In this document: positions 27,901 to 39,500 of the stretch, one piece after another
Layout of the letters: each line of letters opens with the position of its first letter
Position numbering within the stretch: position 1 is the stretch's first letter
Origin: Octopus vulgaris
Lineage: Eukaryota
Length of the DNA stretch: 64,000 nucleotides
Assembly (NCBI GenBank): GCA_951406725.2
Contig: OX597814.1
Location: 126,728,001 to 126,792,000 of the forward strand
Direction: 5' to 3'
Position numbers and translations under genes: made by a program
The notes under the pieces: model-generated
What the model saw: the letters and a program-made list of their open reading frames with translations, nothing else
The model's database searches: none
Told to the model about the DNA's origin: nothing

Positions 27901-30900
27901 CAACCACAGCAACCAATATCTTTAAAGCTTGGTAACTTTCTCAAATTATTATGCAAGATAAGTTTAGGTTATATTTGCAACAGACTAACTTATTCTTCTC
28001 CAAACACTAAAACCTCTGTATTAATTGCTATAAACTACCTTAATTGTGTGATTAGGGAGTTCACTTCATAACCAAATGGGTTTAGGCTCCATCCTTCTGT
28101 GTGGCACCCTAGTATCTTCACTATAGCCTTAGTTTCACCAAAGGAATATGAGTGAAATTTGATAAACAGAAATTATAGGGAGCAATGTCTACTTTTTTGT
28201 GCTTGCATGAGTCAGACAAAATTTGTCACCAACCTTTACCTGTTTTCAAGCAATGTAATATTTCCCTATACACAGACATGTTTTCACAGATGATTGGAAA
28301 CACAAGACTTTGCTTCTTGTGGGTAGTAAAGAAATAGGTATTAAAGGGAAAGGCAAAGTGATGTCGCAACCCATTTCTACAGCTGAGTGAACTGGAGCAA
28401 CGTGAAATAAAGTGTCTTGCTCGAGAACACAACATGCAGTCCAGTCCGGGATTCAAACTCACAATCTCACAATCGTAAGCTCGATGCTCTAACCACTGAG
28501 CCATGTTATATATATATATCAGTGAAAGATATATAAAATGGTAAGAAATTACTGATAGATCAGTTGTCAAATAAAATATTCCTCGGGTATTTACCCAAGT
28601 TGCGCAACCTGTCAGTCTCACCATCAAGAAATATAGTGAACTAGTGATCAGCCTGTTGAAAACCTATATCCACACGATACACACACATTACCTCTTTCTA
28701 CTCCTCATTTCCTGGCATAAAGTTACCTCCCCACTCCTTGGGGTTCATAGTCTTGCAAGCTGCATTGCATCCTCACTAGTGTTGGTGGCATGAAAAATAC
28801 ACTCACTTCCCACTGTAAAATGGTTGACATTAGGAATGACATCCAACTATAGAAATGTCAAAGCAGACACTGGAGCACAATACAGTCCTTTGGTGCATCA
28901 GATTCAGTCAAGTCATCCAACTCCTGCCTACATGGAATAAAGGTATTTAATGATATATACCTCATAAAGCGGCAAGCTGGCAGAAACATTAGCACGCCGA
29001 GTGAAACGCATAGCCATATTTCGTCTGGGTTCAAATTCCGCCGAGGTCGACTTTGCCTTTCATCCTTCCGGGGTCGATAAATTAAGTACCAGTTACACAC
29101 TGGGGTTAATGTAATCGACTTAATCCATTTGTCTGTCCTTGTTTGTCCCCTCTGTGTTAAGCTCCTTGTGGGTAGTAAAGAAATATATAGCTTATAAGAC
29201 AGCGAGCTGGCAGAAAACGTTAGCACGCCGGGTGAAATGCTTACCGGTATTTCGTCTGCCGTTACGTTCTGAGTTCAAATTCCGCCGAGGTCGACTTTGC
29301 CTTTCATCCTTTCGGGGTCGATAAATTAAAGTACCAGTTACGTACTGGGGTCGATGTGATCGACTTAATACCTATGTCTGTCCTTGTTTGTCCCCTCTAT
29401 GTTTAGCCCCTTGTGGGTAATAAAGAAATAGGTATTTCGTCTGCTGCTACGTTCTGAGTTCAAATTCTGCCGAGGTCGATTTTGCCTTTCATCCTTCCGG
29501 GGGCGATGAATTAAGTAACAGTTACGCAGTGGGGTCGATATAATCGACTTAATCCGTTTGTCTGTCCTTGTTTGTCCCCTCTGTGTTTAGCCCCTTGTGG
29601 GTAGTAAAGAAATAGGTATTAAATGATATATAGCTCAACATTCTTTATTTCTTGGAAGATTGGGACATTCTAAATAGTTCCCTATAATCTCCTCAGTGCA
29701 GATTATCTAAATGTGAGAGGGAGAAGAATTATCTTCACTATTTAACTGGTACTTAATAAAGCCACAAGCTGACTCTGTCAATCAGTTACCTTCACTATTT
29801 GATGATGTTTCTACTTTCTTTTTACTTTTCGTCAGGTTTCATAACTTTCTTCCTCTTCATAAATTATGGAAACAGTATATGAAGCAGTTAATTCAGTTTG
29901 AGAAGTAAGTAGCTATTCTCGTTTGAAAACTTTTTGAAAAGTAAGTTTACATAAATTTTTGACAGATTGGGATGTTGGGTCGCAGGCGTTTTTACCCCCG
30001 CTGACTTGCTGCTGAAGGCACACAATATTGTGACAGACAAATAAAGGAAAGAAAATGTACTGAAATGAAAATGAAATTATTAAATATGGAGTTATGTCCC
30101 CTCAAATGACATGTACATACTGCAAAAGACTTGTTAACGAAAGGTGATTTATTTATACGGGGTGTGTTTGGTCTCTTTGGTATAAAAGGACACACGATCG
30201 TCTGAATTACGACAAATGCGTAGTTCAGTTCACATGGTTCTGTGCATATTTTTTCTAACATGGATATGGGCTTTTAAAGTGTCTTGATTTAATTTTATTT
30301 CATTTCATCTAGATTCAGCTCACGAGCTGTGGCCATGCTGGGGCACCGCCATTCATTGTGTGACGCTTACTGCACCTAGGTTTCCCAAGCGGTCACCCAT
30401 CTAAGTACTAACTAGGCTTGACGTTGCTTAACTTCGGTGATCAGACGAGAACCGGTGCTTTCAACGTGATATGGCCGTATTGTTCATTCAAATGTATCGA
30501 AAAAACATAGCTTTATGTAGTTTCTGTTTGATAATTATGAGCATCTTCATACGTCTTTAGTTTCTGTGATGGTCCATGCACAACTTGTAAAATTGTTATG
30601 TAGAAAAATATTTTTTCTCAGTGCTAAAACATTCCTAACCCCCTTGTAAGAGCCAGATTACCTGAAGTATTTTCTAATAAGTACAAGATAATTGATGGAA
30701 TAAATTCAATAAACTCACAACTCATGACCTAAAATGAGAATTTAAATCGAAATGCTTAACATTCTTAACAAGAAATCAAAGTTGGTTGAATGTAATAGGT
30801 TTTCTTATTTATCCAAATTTTAATGTTAAATCAATAATCTTTTTAATCCTTTTACCTCCACTCTTGCAGCATTAGCCCAAATAATTTAATGGCAGTCAAT

Positions 30901-32028
30901 CTGAAAGTTCTGAAAGCTGATTATCATGGATGTTACCTCACCGTTTCCAAGTCAAAATGTCCCTCATACGTTGGCACAACTGGCATTGTTCTGATGGAAA
31001 CCAAGAACATTTTCAAAATAATTACAAAAGATGATAAATTCAAATGTATGTATCTTAAGCACCACCATCTCTCTCATTCTCCATCTCTATCTTCCTCTCT
31101 CACCTTCTCCAACTGGGGTATCTTTGTATCTCTTCAACAGCATGATACCAGTCTTTGTCCCTCTGTTACTCTTTTAACCTCTCATCATTACCAGCGTCGC
31201 CTTACTGGCACTCGAGCCCTGTGCTAGTAGGGTATTAAGAGCGCCATCCAAGCGTGATCATTGCCAGAGCAGCTATCTGACCTCCATGCTGGTGGCACGT
31301 AAAAGACACCATTCGAGCATGATCGTTACCAGCATTGCCTTACTGGTACCTGTGCCGGTCGCATGTGTAAAAGATTCAAGCGAGATCGTTGCCAGGACTG
31401 CCTGACTGGTCCTGTGCTGGTGGCACGTAAAAGCACCCACTACACTCTTGGAGTGGTTGGCGTTAGGAAGGGCATCCAGCTGTAGAAATTCAGCCAGATC
31501 AAGATTGAAGCTTGGTGCAGCCGTCTGGTTCGCCAGCCCTCAGTCAATTGTCCAACCCATGCTAGCATGGAAAGCGGACGTTAAACGATGATGATGATGA
31601 TAATGATGATCAACTGACACAAAGCCACCTCCCTCAATACTACTTCTCTCCAATTCAGGGGACTTTGTCTTGCAAGTTGCTCAGTGACTCCAGCAGTACT
31701 GGTACCATGAAAAGTGCACCCAATATACTCTGGAAATTGGTTGGTGTTAGAAAGGGCATTGTCCAGCTGTAAAAACCATGTCAAAACAGATAATAGAACT
31801 TGACACAACCCTCTGGCTTACCAACTCTTTTCAAACCAGGCATCCCATCCCAGCATGGAAAATGTACATTAAATTCTGATGATGTATCTTTTATCTTGCT
31901 TCGGTCATTGGATTGTGGCCATGCTGGGGCACTGCCATTAAGGGTTTAGTCAAACAAATTGATCCCAGCACTTTTAAGTTTGGTATTTATTCTATCAGAA
32001 TAGTTGTCTAGCATTAGTGAGGGACACA

Positions 32029-32063
<35 letters not shown>

Positions 32064-33968
32064 ATACATATATATATAAATGTTCATGTACATATATGTT
32101 CCAGGCATTCAGAAAACCCACTTCTTTCCATCGAGGGCTTAGATACCCCAATATTAGACTATTTCCTTTAATCAATACACGGTGATCATTTATACGCTTT
32201 ATAAATATTCATCATCATTGTTTAACATCCGCTTTCCATGCTGGCATGGGTTGGATGGTTTGACTGAGAAGTGGTAAACCAGTGGGCTGCACCAGGTTCC
32301 AATCTGATTTGGCAAGGTTTCTATTGCTGGATGCCCTTCCTAATGCCAACCACTCCATGAGTGTAGTGGGTGCTTTTTACATGCCACTGGCATGGGTACC
32401 ATTGACCTGACTCTGGCATCAGCCATAACTGGGGTCTCACTTGGCTTGGCAGGTCAACACAAGCATGGTATATCACCAAGAGTCCTGGTCTCCTGTCACT
32501 GTCTCCATGAGGCCCAATGCTCGAATGGTGCTTTTATGTGGCACCGGCACAGGTGCCAGCCAGACAGCACAGCATATCACCCAACGTTTGAACGGTACTA
32601 CATGCCACCGACACGGATGCCAGTCAGACGATACTTGGCATCGGCCATGACTACGATCTCACTTGGCTTAACGTCACTGCCTCCATGAGGTCCAATGCAT
32701 GAACAGTGCTTTTTATGTGGCATGGGTGTCAGTCAGGCTACACTGGCATCGGCCCCGGCTTATTATTTACAGAATTGTCACTTGTCGCCACTTCTACATT
32801 TAATGCAGAAAATGCACATGTTTGTTTAAAAAAACTATGAAATTATAGTTAAGTCTAACAGGTAAAAGTGAGTGGTTATGATGGTGTAATGGTTAGTACA
32901 CTTATTGCAAGAGGTGTGAGTTCAAGTCCCATGTTTACAGAAAACCCACTTTTTTCCATCATGGGCTTATATGCCTCAATATTAGACTACTTACTTTAGT
33001 CAATACATGGTGATCGCTTATAAGCTTTAAGCTTATAAAATGTTATTATTATTTACAATATATATATATATGATGGACTCTCCTGTTATAAACTACAAAT
33101 GAGGGTTCAGCAACTTCTTATTTCTTTATGGCCCACAGGGGGCTAAACATAGAGGGGACAAACAAGGATAGACAAAGGGTTACGTCGATTACATTGACCC
33201 CAGTGTGTAACTTCGTTTTTTTTTTTTGAGCAATGTGAAATGAAGTGTTTTGCTCAAGAACACAACACATCGCCTGCTCCAGGAATCGAAACCACAACCT
33301 TATGATCATGAGTTCAACACCCTAACCACTAAGCCACACGCCTCCAAACAGGTTGCCAAACAACCTGTACAGATGGTTTGTTTGTGCTGCACATTAGCTC
33401 GTTCCCTCTATCCAATCGATATTGCCGCTACAGGTGCACTGTCTGCCACTTGTTAGATGTTGGAATGATTGCAGAGCAATGTGAAATGAAGTGTTTTTGC
33501 TCTAGAACACAACACACTGCCTAATCCAGGAACTAAAACTACAATCTTGCAATCATGAATGCAGTACCTCTAGAGCACACACTGGACTTCTACACAATTT
33601 TCCCTTTACCAAATTCGTTCACAAGCCATTGATCAACTCTGGCTATAATAGATGACACTTGCCCATGGTGCCCTGCAATGGGACTGTACCTGAAACTAAA
33701 GGGTTGCAAAGTTAACCACATAGCCAAAACATGACATTTATTTTCTTTTTCTGTCTTGAGTTTTCTCGACTTCTTACTTCACCTTTGGATCTTTACAGTC
33801 TGAATTATTTTTTCTTTCTTTCTTTCTACAGGTATACCTAAGAAAAATTCAGTATTCTGTTTCAGTCTTGATGCCTACTGTTTCACTCTGTATGGTAACC
33901 ACATGAAAGTGAAAGCCAGTGAAAGAAGCCACCGGAAATTTAAAACTAAATCAACAATAGACCTATAA
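22527..33968 (+). CDS. POP4: Ribonuclease P/MRP protein subunit p29 (POP4/RPP29), multi-exon; first (ATG) coding exon not securely located
   Basis: Five GT-AG exons join in frame (22527-22588, 24659-24885, 29836-29904, 30870-31045, 33832-33968). They give ...LSSKLRKQLKIFHIQPEVQKFHNFLPLHKLWKQYM...LKADYHGCYLTVSKSKCPSYVGTTGIVLMETKNIFKIITKDDKFKCIPKKNSVF...YGNHMKVKASERSHRKFKTKSTIDL*, matching recalled POP4 motifs. Confidence 0.95.
24659..24885 (+). CDS. POP4: POP4 exon (SQKDLQENFLANFL...LRKQLKIFHIQPEVQK)
   Basis: tttcAG and GTGAG sites, 227 nt open frame, resembles the LSARQRRELRLFDIKPEQQ region of POP4. Confidence 0.9.
25019..27310 (+). mobile_element. RTE LINE, 5'-truncated (RT, PHD-like finger, 3' UTR)
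   Basis: ORFs 25048-26756 match RT; ends GGACGTTAAACGATGATGATGAT. Confidence 0.95.
28965..29613 (+). mobile_element. Head-to-tail trimer of a tRNA-derived SINE
   Basis: Repeated GAGTTCAAATTCCGCCGAGGTCGACTTTGCCTTTCATCCTTTCGGGGTCGATAAATTAAGTACC. Other copies at ~885-1100, 1117-1335, 5150-5360, 20400-20625(-), 23405-23620, 38180-38400(-). Confidence 0.9.
29836..29904 (+). CDS. POP4: POP4 exon (FHNFLPLHKLWKQYMKQLIQFE)
   Basis: gtcAG and GTAAGT sites; FLPLHxLWKQY motif. Confidence 0.93.
30365..30479 (-). pseudogene. 5S rRNA-derived sequence (near full length), head of a retroposed element
   Basis: Reverse complement TACGGCCATATCACGTTGAAAGCACCGGTTCTCGTCTGATCACCGAAGTTAAGCAACGTCAAGCCTAGTTAGTACTTAGATGGGTGACCGCTTGGGAAACCTAGGTGCAGTAAGC is a metazoan 5S sequence with box A/C. 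About 3 nt are missing at the 5' end and there is no oligo-T terminator. Confidence 0.9.
30870..31045 (+). CDS. POP4: POP4 exon (LKADYHG...SKCPSYVGTTGIVLMETKNIFKIITKDD)
   Basis: ttgcAG and GTATGT sites; core RPP29 motif, also in ORF 30889-31227. Confidence 0.95.
31190..31610 (+). mobile_element. RTE 3' UTR/tail copy in POP4 last intron
   Basis: Four to five ~65-bp units, then conserved tail and (GAT)n. Confidence 0.85.
33832..33968 (+). CDS. POP4: POP4 last coding exon (IPKKNSVF...KFKTKSTIDL*)
   Basis: Polypyrimidine tract plus ctacAG; TAA stop; AATAAA at 33972-33977. Confidence 0.95.
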
Positions 33969-33971
33969 GTA

Positions 33972-33977
33972 AATAAA
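33972..33977 (+). terminator. Candidate polyadenylation signal of POP4
   Basis: AATAAA 4 nt after the stop, followed by a T-rich tract. Confidence 0.5.
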
Positions 33978-36412
33978 TATTATTTCAATATTTTAATCAT
34001 TTTCTAACTTTTTTTTTTTTGAAACACCATTTTGGAACTTGAGATGGGAGGGTGTAGACGTAGACAGTATTGATACACTCTTGAATCCCATGTAAACCAG
34101 CTTGCAAGATGATGGTTTCCTGATCTGGGAACTACTTCCAAGGGACACTTTACTGGATCTTTTTTTTTTTTACTACTTAACATTTTAATAACTTCTCTTC
34201 ACATCTACATATTTAATCCTTTATACTTTTCTGATATATTAAATCAATAACACATTTTGCTAATTACTTTTACAAACTTTATACACAATTTTATCTAAAA
34301 CCACCACCTATTTTGGGTTGCATTATCATTTAACATCAGTTTTCCCTGTTGGCATGGTTTAGACGGTTTGACAGGAGCTGGCCAACCAGGGAGCTGTCTA
34401 GGCTCCAATTGTCTGCTTTGGTATGGTTTCTGTGGTGGGGTGTCCTTCCTCACACCAACCACTTTACAGAGTGCACCGGGTACTTTATACATGGTGCCCG
34501 CTCACACTTTATATGTGGCACTGGAATGAGAGCTTTTTATGCAGCACTTGTACAGGTGCTTTTGATGGGGCACCAGCCTTAAAGCAACCACCTGTTTCTA
34601 ACTGCATATGTTCTATAAAAAATAGTTCTCATTCTTGTTAATAATTTTTAACTCTAACACCGTTAAAAGCACAATTCATTTTTTAATAAAGTAGGAAGGA
34701 GCTTCCTGGCTAATACATTGCATAATAGTATTTTCAAAAGTATTGTAAAATATTTACCAGTATTTATGCATTATGCAATTTAAATGCTGAAAATTACCTA
34801 AAAGTCGCAATTATGTATTTCTATGACTCTTTGCACTTTACAAGGTTGGTTTTTGTCATTTTATTACTTACATATATATTTTACTTTTAGAATATAGTTC
34901 TACAAAAGAAAACTTATTTGAATGTTATCAAAATACAGCTGATACACATGGTTATTTATATATACATATATATGTGTGTGTGTTAATGTTTGTTTTACAT
35001 TTTAACATTAAATTGAAGAATTACACAATACTCGATGTAGAATACATGATTATACATTTTACAGGAAAAGGGATGCCAGTGGGTTTGAAGTTTCAACCTA
35101 CTAGCCTTCATTGGACAGCCCAACAAAGGCTTGCAGGCTGAAACTTGGAAGTCACTATCACCTGTCTTCTTGTAAATCTCTATATATATACACACACACT
35201 CTTTTACTTGTTTCAGTCATTTGACTGTGACCATGCTGGAGCACTGCCTTTAGTCGAGCAAATCAACCCTAGTACTTATTCTGTCTCTTTTGCCTAACCA
35301 CTAAGTTATAGGGACGTAAACACACCAGCATTGGTTATCAAGCAATGTTGGGGGGGGGCAAACACAGGCACACAAACATACACATATATACAACGGGCTT
35401 CTTCCAGTTTCCGTCTACCAAATCCACTCAAGGCTTTGGTCGGCCCGAGGCTATAGTAGAAGACACTTACCTAAGGTGTCACGCAGTGGGACTGAACCAT
35501 GTGATTGGTAAGCAAGCTACTTACCATACAGCCACTCCTCCTAATACTTTCAAAAACTTAGTTGCTGATTTTGATGTATGGGATATCAAAAGATTCAGAT
35601 TTGTAGCTGAAAGATTACTGAATCTTTTGATATCCATACATCAAAATCAGCAACTAAGTTTTTGAATGCATAAGGAACATATGTACACAAACTCTGCTTT
35701 ATTTATATATTTAGATTTACAAGAAGAGGGGTGATAGTGGTCTTTATTTTGCAATTCTTAGAAATTGATCACCACTCCATGTTATTGTTCAATGTAGTAT
35801 TTGTAACTGATTACTAGTATAACAAGTAATTCTAATAATTAGGAGGGGATAGTATTTAAAGCAATATGGTTTACGTCAGTAAAATAAATACAACTCCGAA
35901 GTTGGAAACTTTACACTTTATTTAATCAATAACTTTTATTTTTTAATAAGACATTTGAAATAATTTAAGAGTCCATTAAAAACAAACATTGTTGACATAT
36001 TGCAGGCATTGCCACATCAAACTGGCAGAATTTTCTGGAAGAATAAGGATTTCTTTAACATTTGAACATCTGAAGTGTTTCAGTGAAATATTTCAGATTA
36101 GAAGTCTGTATGGGAAGAAGCATCTGAGCGAAATACATAGAGAAGCTGCTCGATATGTCAGTATGGTCCTTTAAACATGTCTAAGGTGAGATGGTAGCTG
36201 ATGATGGTGGATGAAATTAATATGAACAAGAGAGGTGGTAGACAAGCAAAAATTGTCCTTTCTGAAAATATCATTCAAGATGTTACAAGAAGTCTCCTTG
36301 CCTCTCTGCAATTAACATTGAACCATACTAAAAAAAAAAAAAAAAAACTTGAATTCAGCAAGTAGTTGTTAGTTTTTTGTTATTAAATATTCGCTATAGC
36401 TGTGTTAAACTG

Positions 36413-36549
36413 TTAGGGTGTCAACTTTGAATAAACTGTTGGTGAGAACTTTTTACGTATGTATTTCAGAATGTACAAAGGAATACAGCTGATGGAAGTG
36501 ATCACAACTACCTTCCACATGAAGCTTCCTGTCCTTAGGAAAGACTCAT
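36413..36549 (-). CDS. ATP9B: ATP9 last coding exon ([45 protein letters not shown])
   Basis: tttgtAG acceptor; TAA at 36415-36413. Confidence 0.93.
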
Positions 36550-39500
36550 CTACAAAAGAAAAATAAGTTTGAGGTTATACAACAAAAACTGCAATAATGG
36601 AACAGTTGGAGGGGTTTTCAGAACATTTACTTATCAGTATAGAACTCTCTTCAAAGCAATTAAAAGATTTTCATTTCTTTCAGATCCCCCATGGCAAAGA
36701 AAATGTTAACACAAGAAATGAAAAGGACATGCAGTCGACATTGTCATGTGTGTGGAACACAATTTAGAAATTGCCAACTTTCTAAAGGTTGTAAAATCTT
36801 TTGTATACAAAGCTGAGATGGAATTGTAAGCCGTTAGAGTGTTTCAATTGCAATAAAGAGAAAAGAAAATATTCAAAATTCATCCAATAGGTTCAAAACA
36901 TTGATGCTGATCCAAGAAAAATCAATGAGAGCCATCATCAAAGAGTGGACTATCAGAACTGTGATGCTTGAAGACATTTGATACAAATCATATGTACATC
37001 CTCACAATACTATAGCTTCACTAGAGACAACCATTGTCCAGGTGATGTCTAAAATGAAGAAGGACCATTTAGTGTAAACAAGCCCAAGACTTCAGTCCTA
37101 TGTTAAAGCAATCACTGAAGTAGAAGGCATATTCATAAACTAGTCTTATAAGAAAGACTATCAAGAATGTGTACAATTTTTTTATTAAAACATTGGGTCA
37201 TCCCATGAATGTGGTTTTTTTATACTTTTATTTTTCAAAATTAAGATAAAGTTCTTTTTTAATCTAAAATATACTCTTTCATTTTCTGTAATGCTCTTCC
37301 ATCTATCTGGTAGATGTGCAAGGCCCCTCTTCCAAAATTCACTTGTCCGTGATGAAAAATATTCCTCCAATATTGTTCTGACTGCATCTACAGAATTCAT
37401 ATTTCTCCCGTCCAAATGATTTTGGAGATTGCGGAATAAATAATAATCAGATGGGGCAACGTCCAGCAAATATGGTGGATGGGCATCGTTTCCCATTCAA
37501 ACTGCTCCAGCCTTTGGAATGTCATTCCCACTGCATGAGGTAGATAAAATTACTACCTGCTTTTATAGCAAGTTGATGCAAGTAGTTTATCCTATCCCCC
37601 CTCCAAATTTTAGTTCAAGCAATTGAAAAAACTGCATTATTTATAGGCTGACCCAATACTTTTGGTTTTTGCTAGGTAAGTGTTGTTTTATTAAATTACT
37701 AAATATATCTTCAAGCTCCTTTCAATCTTGTATTTTAATGATAAGCAAAGAAACTAAAATATCTCAATTCCATGTTAGTGAAATAACACTATAAAAGTTA
37801 AAAGAATAAAGAGCTTTTCTTTAACTTACCAAAGAAGTCTTTGAAGACAAAAAGTGAAATAACATAAATGCCAAGACTGAGAAATTCTGCCAATATCATC
37901 AACCAGTGCCACATTTGAACAGTTAATGCCACCATTAGCAGTTCAGTAAGGATAAGTGACGTAAATGTTATGGCTACAACATGGATAAATTCCTCTTCGA
38001 ACAGCAGTAGGGCTCCATACATGATGGTACCACCTAGAATACAAAAACAGTTCAACATTTAGAAATATTTCTGAGTCATAATTTTTTATGTCTACTTTTT
38101 ATATGTTCACATAGGTTTGACAATAAGAGTTATTGAGATAGTAAGTGATGGCCAAATGCTCTTTTCATCACTAACTTGGGGGGGGGGGTTCAAATTTTAG
38201 CACAAGGCCAGCAAGTTAGAGGGAAGGATAAGTTAATTACATCGACCCCAGTATTTAACGGGTACTTATTTTATCAACCTCGAAAGGATTAAAGGCAAAG
38301 TCCGGTCTCAGCAGAATTTGAACTCAGAATGTAAAAACAGACAAAATGCTGCTAAGTATTTTGCCCGGCGTGTTAACGATTCTGCTAGCTCACTGCCTTA
38401 AAAGGTAAGTTGCATCAGCTAATTGTTATGAAATAGGTTATTTTTATTCCACTGGTCTTCACATATGACAAAACCACTGAGGTTTATACAGATTGACTAC
38501 ATATATATTGTTTACAAGAGATAGAGACACCATCACCTTTTTCACACATGATGACAATGTGAAACCTGGCGTTTGTCCAAAGTGTTATACTGGGGGATGG
38601 AACTCAAAACTATGTTGCTGCAAAGCAAACTCCTTAACCACACAGTCAGCAAACAAAAGAGTGTGAATTACAAAAACTATTCCACAGAACAGCAGAGTTG
38701 ACTAGTGTAAACTGATAAAACAGAAACTGTCGTGTAGAGTACAAGTATTGAAGTTCTATCAGTGACTGATTTCAGCTAAATGTGGTGTTGACTATAGATT
38801 CAGGAGAAACCATGCAAGGAAAAAATGGTGCATTTGCTTCCTACAATAAAGTGAAATGGCAACTTTAATGAGAGTATGGGTAGAAGAGTATGTATGTGGG
38901 CTGGTAGATTTTTTTTAATGCACAGAGGGCTAAATGGGTGGGCTACAGAATGTGATAGAGGTGTCAAAAGAAAATTAAAGTATCCAGGATGGTGGAGCCT
39001 ATTAGTAAGTGTTGATTTAAGGAATGAAATTTCATGGCTGGTTCCAGTGAACTGGGCTTCAAAACAACCAATGAAGAGGTTGGTGTAACTAATGCCCATC
39101 TTGGTATCCATGGCATCATTAGTGGTTTACTGATAGAACAATTAATACGCAGTAATTTTCCTAATAATGTCACCACAGTTAGCTGCTCTTATAATAACTA
39201 TTGTGAAGGGAAAATATAAACAGATTGAAAATGAAATAGTACAAAGTCTGTGTGTGTTTCAATGTCATTTAATTATAAATAGATTATAAAACTGAACTAA
39301 CCTTGGTAAATACTTATTAAAACCCACAGGAAAAATGTTTTAAATGATAAGGACCGGCCCTGAAAATAAATAAAAAGTTGTATATCAGTTCACATTTTGT
39401 TAAATAAAAGTTAGAGAAGTTCAACTAATAATTTAAGCAAAGATCAGCCTTATTGACATTGTAACAAAAGGAAAGAGTTAACTAGAATTTGGACTATGAG

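Noticed and set aside
30365-30479. Functional 5S rRNA gene
   Set aside because: 5' end altered, no oligo-T terminator, fused to a SINE tail and not in a tandem array.
31190-31445. CRISPR-like repeat/spacer appearance of the GTGCC..GGCAC arrays
   Set aside because: The intervening sequences are homologous to each other, the arrays sit in LINE 3' UTRs, the context is eukaryotic and there are no cas genes.
32870-32930. tRNA gene
   Set aside because: Only degenerate A/B boxes with no complete cloverleaf; the following body recurs at ~32110, so it is a SINE head.
36740-37140. Additional Tc1/mariner-like remnant
   Set aside because: Too decayed to identify TIRs or catalytic motifs by eye.
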